Under the pieces are notes generated by a model. The model was not told the DNA's origin and did no database searches. It saw only the letters and a program-made list of their open reading frames with translations. Shown one piece after another: positions 59,445 through 64,000 of a DNA stretch of 64,000 nucleotides (position 1 is the first letter of the stretch; every line of letters begins with the position of its first letter). Location of the stretch: NCBI GenBank assembly GCA_965248695.1, contig CBDFKD010000002.1:3872001-3936000 (forward strand), given 5' to 3'. The position numbers were made by a program, and so were the translations under genes. This DNA comes from Acidobacteriota bacterium (GTDB lineage: Bacteria > Acidobacteriota > UBA890 > WLXD01).

Positions 59445-59510
59445 CTAGCGCGGCATGACCGGCAGGACGATGTGGCTCGGGTGCTCGGGCGTATGGTGCA
59501 CCACCATCGT
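59445..59510 (-). pseudogene. About 20-codon C-terminal remnant of a CocE/NonD-type hydrolase
   Basis: VVHHTPEHPSHIVLPVMPR* resembles VFHDRQRASYLQLPVVP and FVDADRPSRVVLPVVP in the two intact CocE genes of this window. Confidence 0.55.
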
Positions 59511-59545
59511 GCCGGCACGGTAGCCGATCGCGAGGCAGCCGTCCC

Positions 59546-59597
59546 TTGACGGGCGGGGAGTAATGGCCATATCCTGCAATTGAGACGCGATCTCAAT
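59546..59597 (+). promoter_or_regulatory. Promoter with a Fur-box-like 19-bp palindrome upstream of the iron permease
   Basis: TTGACG (59546), 18 nt, TATCCT (59570); ATTGAGA-CGCGA-TCTCAAT at 59579-59597. Confidence 0.7.
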
Positions 59598-59687
59598 AGT
59601 GACCCGTTCTCGATAGCGAATCGCAACAGAAGCCAAAACGCGGCCGGAATCGACTCGCCGCCAGGCTCGTAGGCGGGCAGGACGCGA

Positions 59688-60449
59688 ATGCTGAGTTCCT
59701 ATGTCATTACCCTCCGGGAAGGCCTCGAGGCCTTTCTGATCATTGCGATCAGCCTTGCGTACCTGCGCAAGAGCGGGCGGGCGAAACTGGTGCCTGCCAT
59801 CTACTGGGGCGTTGCAGCATCAGTGGTCGTCAGCATCATCGCCGGGGTGCTGTTTGCTCGTGCCGCAAACCAGGCCCTCTGGGAAGGGGTCCTGGCGCTG
59901 ACGGCAGCGGTGATGGTGGCCTCGTTGACCGTCCACATGTGGCGCACTGCGCGGCATTTGAAGGGCGATATCGAACAGCATCTGGGCGACGCGGCCCGCA
60001 CCCAGGGCCGCGGTGCGCTGCTAGGCGTGTTCCTCTTCACCCTCTTCATGATCACCCGCGAGGGCATGGAGACGGCGTTGCTCATGAACGTGCTGTTCCG
60101 TCAGATCCAGTCGATACCCGTGATCGCCGGAGCTTTCGCCGGTCTTCTCACAGCCGCGGGTGTTGCCTGGCTGTGGTCGCGCTACGGCCATCGCGTCAAC
60201 CTGGGCCTGTTTTTCCAGGTCACCGCCGTGTTCCTCCTGGTGTTCGTGGCGCAACTGGTGATCTACGGATTTCATGAGCTTACGGAAGCGAACGTCTTGC
60301 CTTACAGCGAGCCGTTGCACTGGGCGACCGAGCCCTATGGCCCCGACGGCCGCTACGGTCAGTACATCACCTACATGCTGGTGGCCATGCCGCTCGCCTG
60401 GCTGACGTACGCCTCCCTGCGGCACCGCCGAACGACGCCGACGGTCTGA
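59688..60449 (+). CDS. FTR1/EfeU family high-affinity iron permease
   Basis: Two RExxE motifs (REGLE, REGME); about seven hydrophobic segments; HEL.EA. Confidence 0.92.
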   Translation: MLSSYVITLREGLEAFLIIAISLAYLRKSGRAKLVPAIYWGVAASVVVSIIAGVLFARAANQALWEGVLALTAAVMVASLTVHMWRTARHLKGDIEQHLGDAARTQGRGALLGVFLFTLFMITREGMETALLMNVLFRQIQSIPVIAGAFAGLLTAAGVAWLWSRYGHRVNLGLFFQVTAVFLLVFVAQLVIYGFHELTEANVLPYSEPLHWATEPYGPDGRYGQYITYMLVAMPLAWLTYASLRHRRTTPTV

Positions 60450-60605
60450 TTCACGGGCCCTGCTCGGGTAAGCCACTGCCGAGCCTGCCGGCCGAGACGG
60501 GCACCTCGGAGTTACGGTGAACGTGGGTCGTTAAGGAGCAGTAGCTCTCCCGCCGACGCCGGGTCGCTAGAATAGCCGTTTCGGGCTCGAGCTCCGCGCC
60601 GGGCC

Positions 60606-61700
60606 GTGCAATCGGAGGGCGAGGTGGATCGGCGGCTGTTCGTTCGCTGGGGATTTGCCGCGCTGCTGTTGATCAGCGTCGCGCAGCTGGGCTGGTGGAT
60701 GCTGGATCAGTGGTGGTTCACGGCCGACGTGCGCGCTCAGATCTTGGAACTCCACCAGGAGCGCCTCGCGATCGCTGCCACGCTGCTCGAGGCTGGCGTC
60801 CCGGCGGCGGAGGTCGAGCGTCTCATCGATGACGTTAGCGTTCGCGACGGTCTGGCCGAGCTCGACGACGCGGTGCTGACGCGCCTCGACGCCGAGCGCC
60901 GAAGCCGTCTGAACCGTTATTTCTGGGAGGGCGCGTTCTTCCTCGCTGTGCTGCTGACGGCGCTGTCGGTGATTGCGCGGGTGTTGCGCCAGGAAGCGCT
61001 GCTGCGCCGCCGTCAGGACAACTTTCTGGCGGCGGTGAGCCACGAGCTCAAGAGCCCGCTCGCTGCAGCACGCGTGGCCGCCGATACCCTGGCGCTCCGC
61101 GACCTGGATCAGCAGGGAAGAAAGCAGAACGTCGATCGTGTCTTGCGCGGATTGGGGCGTCTACAGGCGATGGTCGACAACTTGCTGGAGAGCGCGCGCA
61201 TCGAAGCGGGAGCGGTCTCTTTGGTGCCGGGGCGCCTGCCGCTCGGCCCGACCCTAGGGCCCGTCCTGACGAGCATCGCCGAAAGGGCCACCGCGCGGGG
61301 AATTGCGTTCGAGGTGCGAATTCCGGATGGGCTCGACATCGTCGCCGACGAGACGGCATTTCGCATGGTGGTGAGCAATTTGCTCGAGAACGCGCTCGAA
61401 GCGGTCCGTGATACCGCGGTGGATCCGGCCGTGAGGCTAACCGCGCGCTCCACAGCCGCCGCGGTCATCGTGCAGGTGGACGACAACGGTTGCGGATTCG
61501 AGCCGGGCGCCGCGGAGCGCATGTTCGACAAGTTCTATCGACCGGGCGACGAGCTCCGGCGCTCAGGACGAGGCGCTGGCCTGGGGCTCCACATCGTGCG
61601 CGCCCTGATGCGCTCGTCGGGCGGGCGTGTGGAGGCGCGTTCCGAGGGTCCCGGCGAGGGCGCCGAGTTCCGCACCTATTGGCCCCCGGTGGCCGGATGA
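60606..61700 (+). CDS. Membrane sensor histidine kinase
   Basis: Two TM segments; VSHELKSPL H-box; NLLENA, DNGCG, FDKFYR, GAGLGL. Confidence 0.93.
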   Translation: MQSEGEVDRRLFVRWGFAALLLISVAQLGWWMLDQWWFTADVRAQILELHQERLAIAATLLEAGVPAAEVERLIDDVSVRDGLAELDDAVLTRLDAERRSRLNRYFWEGAFFLAVLLTALSVIARVLRQEALLRRRQDNFLAAVSHELKSPLAAARVAADTLALRDLDQQGRKQNVDRVLRGLGRLQAMVDNLLESARIEAGAVSLVPGRLPLGPTLGPVLTSIAERATARGIAFEVRIPDGLDIVADETAFRMVVSNLLENALEAVRDTAVDPAVRLTARSTAAAVIVQVDDNGCGFEPGAAERMFDKFYRPGDELRRSGRGAGLGLHIVRALMRSSGGRVEARSEGPGEGAEFRTYWPPVAG

Positions 61701-62428
61701 GCGCGTCTCTGTTGCGCATCCTCGTGGTAGAGGATGACGCTGACCTGGGAGCCGGAGTGCGCGACAACCTCGTCGCCGAGGGATATCGCGTGCGTCTGGC
61801 CGAGACCGGTGATGGCGGGCTGGATATGGCGCTGCGGGAGGACTTCGACCTCGTCATCCTCGACGTCATGCTGCCCGGCATGGACGGATTCACCGTCTGC
61901 CGCGAATTGCGCCACCGCGGATGCGAGGTTCCGATTCTGTTCCTCACTGCACGTGCGGACTCCGAGGACCGCGTGCGAGGACTGGAAGAGGGCGGTGACG
62001 ACTACCTCCCCAAGCCGTTCGACCTGCGCGAGCTGCTGGCGCGGGTCGCGGCGATCTTGCGACGCGCCCAGTGGTACTCGGGTGAGGGCGGCGACGCGCC
62101 CCTGTGCTTCGGTGGCAACGAGGTCGACCTACGGCGATACCGGGCCGTCGACCGTCAGGGTCGGACGCACGCCATGACGCACAAGGAGGCACAAGTACTC
62201 AAGGTTCTGGCCGAGCGCGAGGGCGAGGTGGTGTCTCGCGACGAGATCCTCAATCGGGTGTGGGGCTATGGGGCGTTTCCGTCGGCCCGCACGATCGACA
62301 ACTTCATCGTCCGGCTACGACGGCGTTTCGAGATCGACCCCGGCAGTCCCGCCCACATTCACACGGTGCACGGGGCCGGCTACCGCTTCACTCTCCAGCC
62401 GCAGGATCGACCGACGGCAGCGCCGTAG
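61697..62428 (+). CDS. OmpR-family response regulator
   Basis: ATGA overlap with the kinase; ILVVEDD, LDVMLPGMDG, LTAR, DDYLPKPF, RTIDNFIVRLRR, TVHGAGYRF. Confidence 0.93.
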   Translation: MSASLLRILVVEDDADLGAGVRDNLVAEGYRVRLAETGDGGLDMALREDFDLVILDVMLPGMDGFTVCRELRHRGCEVPILFLTARADSEDRVRGLEEGGDDYLPKPFDLRELLARVAAILRRAQWYSGEGGDAPLCFGGNEVDLRRYRAVDRQGRTHAMTHKEAQVLKVLAEREGEVVSRDEILNRVWGYGAFPSARTIDNFIVRLRRRFEIDPGSPAHIHTVHGAGYRFTLQPQDRPTAAP

Positions 62429-62435
62429 CAGGCGG

Positions 62436-62603
62436 TTACTCCGGAGTGCGGCGGTCCTGTCCCGAACGCCGGTCTTCGCGGCTCCGGCGGTCGCTTTCTC
62501 GGCGGTCTGGAAAGTCGATGGAGATGTCGGCCTTGCGACGCCCTGCGCGCCGTCGATCCGCGGCTCGCCGGTCCGACGCGGCTCTTCGTTTCTTGTCGTC
62601 CAT
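62436..62603 (-). CDS. 55-aa Arg-rich DRR-repeat peptide (not in the ORF track)
   Basis: MDDKKRRAASDRRAADRRRAGRRKADISIDFPDRRESDRRSREDRRSGQDRRTPE*; six DRR units. Confidence 0.6.
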   Translation of the reverse strand: MDDKKRRAASDRRAADRRRAGRRKADISIDFPDRRESDRRSREDRRSGQDRRTPE

Positions 62604-62768
62604 GTCGTGCTCTGCTCGTGCCCGTTGTGTGCCGGGTCCGAATGAACGGCAGGAGCGTGCCGTTGACGCGAGGGTAACTCCAAATAGCGGCCACGTCGCC
62701 GGCGTGACCGAGCCGACCTTCGCTTCCGTATTCGTGGCAAAGACCGTCGATCGGGCGGCCGTGCGCAG

Positions 62769-63140
62769 CTACGGCCCGTCGATGACGTCGAGCAAGGTGG
62801 CGAATTCAACCGCGGCGGTGAGTCCGTCATAGACGCGAGTCACGCGTCCCCGCACCGTTTGACCGGGAATCGTGCGCGAATGGGCGTTGCCCTGGCCGCT
62901 CGGTTCGTCGGACCTCTTTCGAACCGACAACTCGACGCCGGGGGCGGTGAAGCGGACCACACAAGTGTCGTGAACAGCCATCGCGGACTCGAGGTTCACC
63001 AGCATGCCGCCGCGTCCCAGAGTCACCGTGGTCCCGTGTATCACCTCGGGCGAGTCGTCGGGCACGATCTCGATCGGGATCGTCGCTTCGACACGGCGGT
63101 GGGCCCGCCTCCCGGTGAACTGTCGTGCAGGCTGGCTCAT
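62769..63140 (-). CDS. Stand-alone PilZ-domain protein
   Basis: RRAHRR (RxxxR), degenerate second motif TLGRGG, then VRGRVTRV...AVEF. Confidence 0.65.
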   Translation of the reverse strand: MSQPARQFTGRRAHRRVEATIPIEIVPDDSPEVIHGTTVTLGRGGMLVNLESAMAVHDTCVVRFTAPGVELSVRKRSDEPSGQGNAHSRTIPGQTVRGRVTRVYDGLTAAVEFATLLDVIDGP

Positions 63141-63240
63141 GTTGACAACCCCTGGCAATCAGGAAGCGTTCATGGAGTCATCTAAGCAAGTGCTGGCCCG
63201 AGGTCTTTCCGAGGTACGCCAAGAATTTTCTGATGAGGGC

Positions 63241-63296
63241 AGCAGGCCGTGGCGGAACCCGCAACCAGGCCCGCCACACTTTCACCACGGCCTGCT
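63241..63296. repeat. Perfect 12-bp inverted repeat, possible miniature IS-end (MITE-like) relic
   Basis: AGCAGGCCGTGG (63241-63252) ... CCACGGCCTGCT (63285-63296), followed by AG to form CTAG. Confidence 0.55.
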
Positions 63297-63394
63297 AGGG
63301 TTAGAGGAGGCAGAGATCACTGGGCAGAGGAGCCGGTTCGCACGGGTGACCGTTCAACCTGCTACACCGGTCTTTTGGATCGAGGAGAACCGTG

Positions 63395-64000
63395 ATGATC
63401 CGTAGACGCGTTACGCCAGCTGCTGCGCTGGTGCTTCTTTCGGCGCTGCTTGTCGCCCGTCCGCCTCAGGCCATTGGGCAGTCGACGGTCATGCGGTCCG
63501 CCTACCACGACTATCGGGTGGTCGCCGTGGCCCAGGGTCTCGAACACCCGTGGTCGATTGCCTTCCTGCCCGGAGGCGACACGCTGGTCACCGAGCGCGC
63601 CGGCCGTCTGCGCGTCATTCGGAATGGAACGTTGCTCTCCGATCCTGTCGCCGGGGTCCCGGAGGTGCTCTATCAGGGACAGGGCGGGCTGATGGAAGTG
63701 CTTCCACACCCCGACTTCGCATCCAACCGTCTGCTGTACCTGAGCTACTCCAAGCCCGTCGGGGACGGTACCGAGGCCACCAGCGCCGTCATCCGCGGTC
63801 GCTTCGAAAACGATCGGCTGACCGACGTCGAGGAGATCTTCGAGGCAGTCAGCCGGGGCCGCGGCCACTACGGTTGCAAGCTGGCGTTCGATGCCGACGG
63901 CTACCTGTTCATCACCGTCGGCGACCGCCAGGTGCCGTCGCGCGGGGATCTCGAGGCGCACCCGGCCCAGGACGTCTCCAACCACCATGGCACGACGAAC
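63395..64000 (+). CDS. PQQ-dependent glucose/sorbosone dehydrogenase family (YliI-like), truncated by the window end
   Basis: GAGGAG SD; signal peptide MIRRRVTPAAALVLL; GLEHPWSIAFLPGG..LVTER.GRL, GQGGL..V..HPDF, HYG.KLAF, GDR. Confidence 0.88.
   Translation, partial: MIRRRVTPAAALVLLSALLVARPPQAIGQSTVMRSAYHDYRVVAVAQGLEHPWSIAFLPGGDTLVTERAGRLRVIRNGTLLSDPVAGVPEVLYQGQGGLMEVLPHPDFASNRLLYLSYSKPVGDGTEATSAVIRGRFENDRLTDVEEIFEAVSRGRGHYGCKLAFDADGYLFITVGDRQVPSRGDLEAHPAQDVSNHHGTTN

Noticed and set aside
63184-63200. Possible sigma54 promoter (GG-N10-GC with TTGC) for the PilZ gene on the minus strand
   Set aside because: The -24 part reads CGGGCC rather than TGGCAC; too weak in GC-rich DNA

Overview
A GC-rich bacterial chromosomal window, densely coding, with no rRNA, tRNA, CRISPR array or transposase that I can see. 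The PadR+ADOP permease pair, the DUF1549/DUF1553+DUF1501 pair and the many signal-peptide-bearing hydrolases suggest an Acidobacteriota-like heterotroph (inference). Most genes serve extracytoplasmic scavenging of peptides, amides and amines: M20 and M24 peptidases, two CocE/NonD hydrolases, several amidohydrolases/D-aminoacylases, a Tat-exported deacetylase, a spermidine-dehydrogenase-like flavoprotein, and GltS, POT and SSS transporters. The best-supported hidden feature is a PrdB/GrdB-like selenoprotein (36144-37061, minus strand). The ORF track splits it at an in-frame TGA lying in a U-x-x-C motif, a SECIS-like hairpin follows directly, and the gene is coupled to an unusual POT transporter with no other reductase subunits nearby. 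Two small ORFs are missing from the track: a 55-aa DRR-repeat peptide behind a PilZ gene (candidate c-di-GMP binder) and a 36-aa membrane protein coupled to the SSS symporter. Two promoter/operator sites are clear (a PadR palindrome, and a Fur-like box before FTR1). The window also holds four gene remnants left by deletions and several 1-2 nt frameshifts, which may be real decay or long-read errors. All functional calls come from motif recognition; no database search was run.
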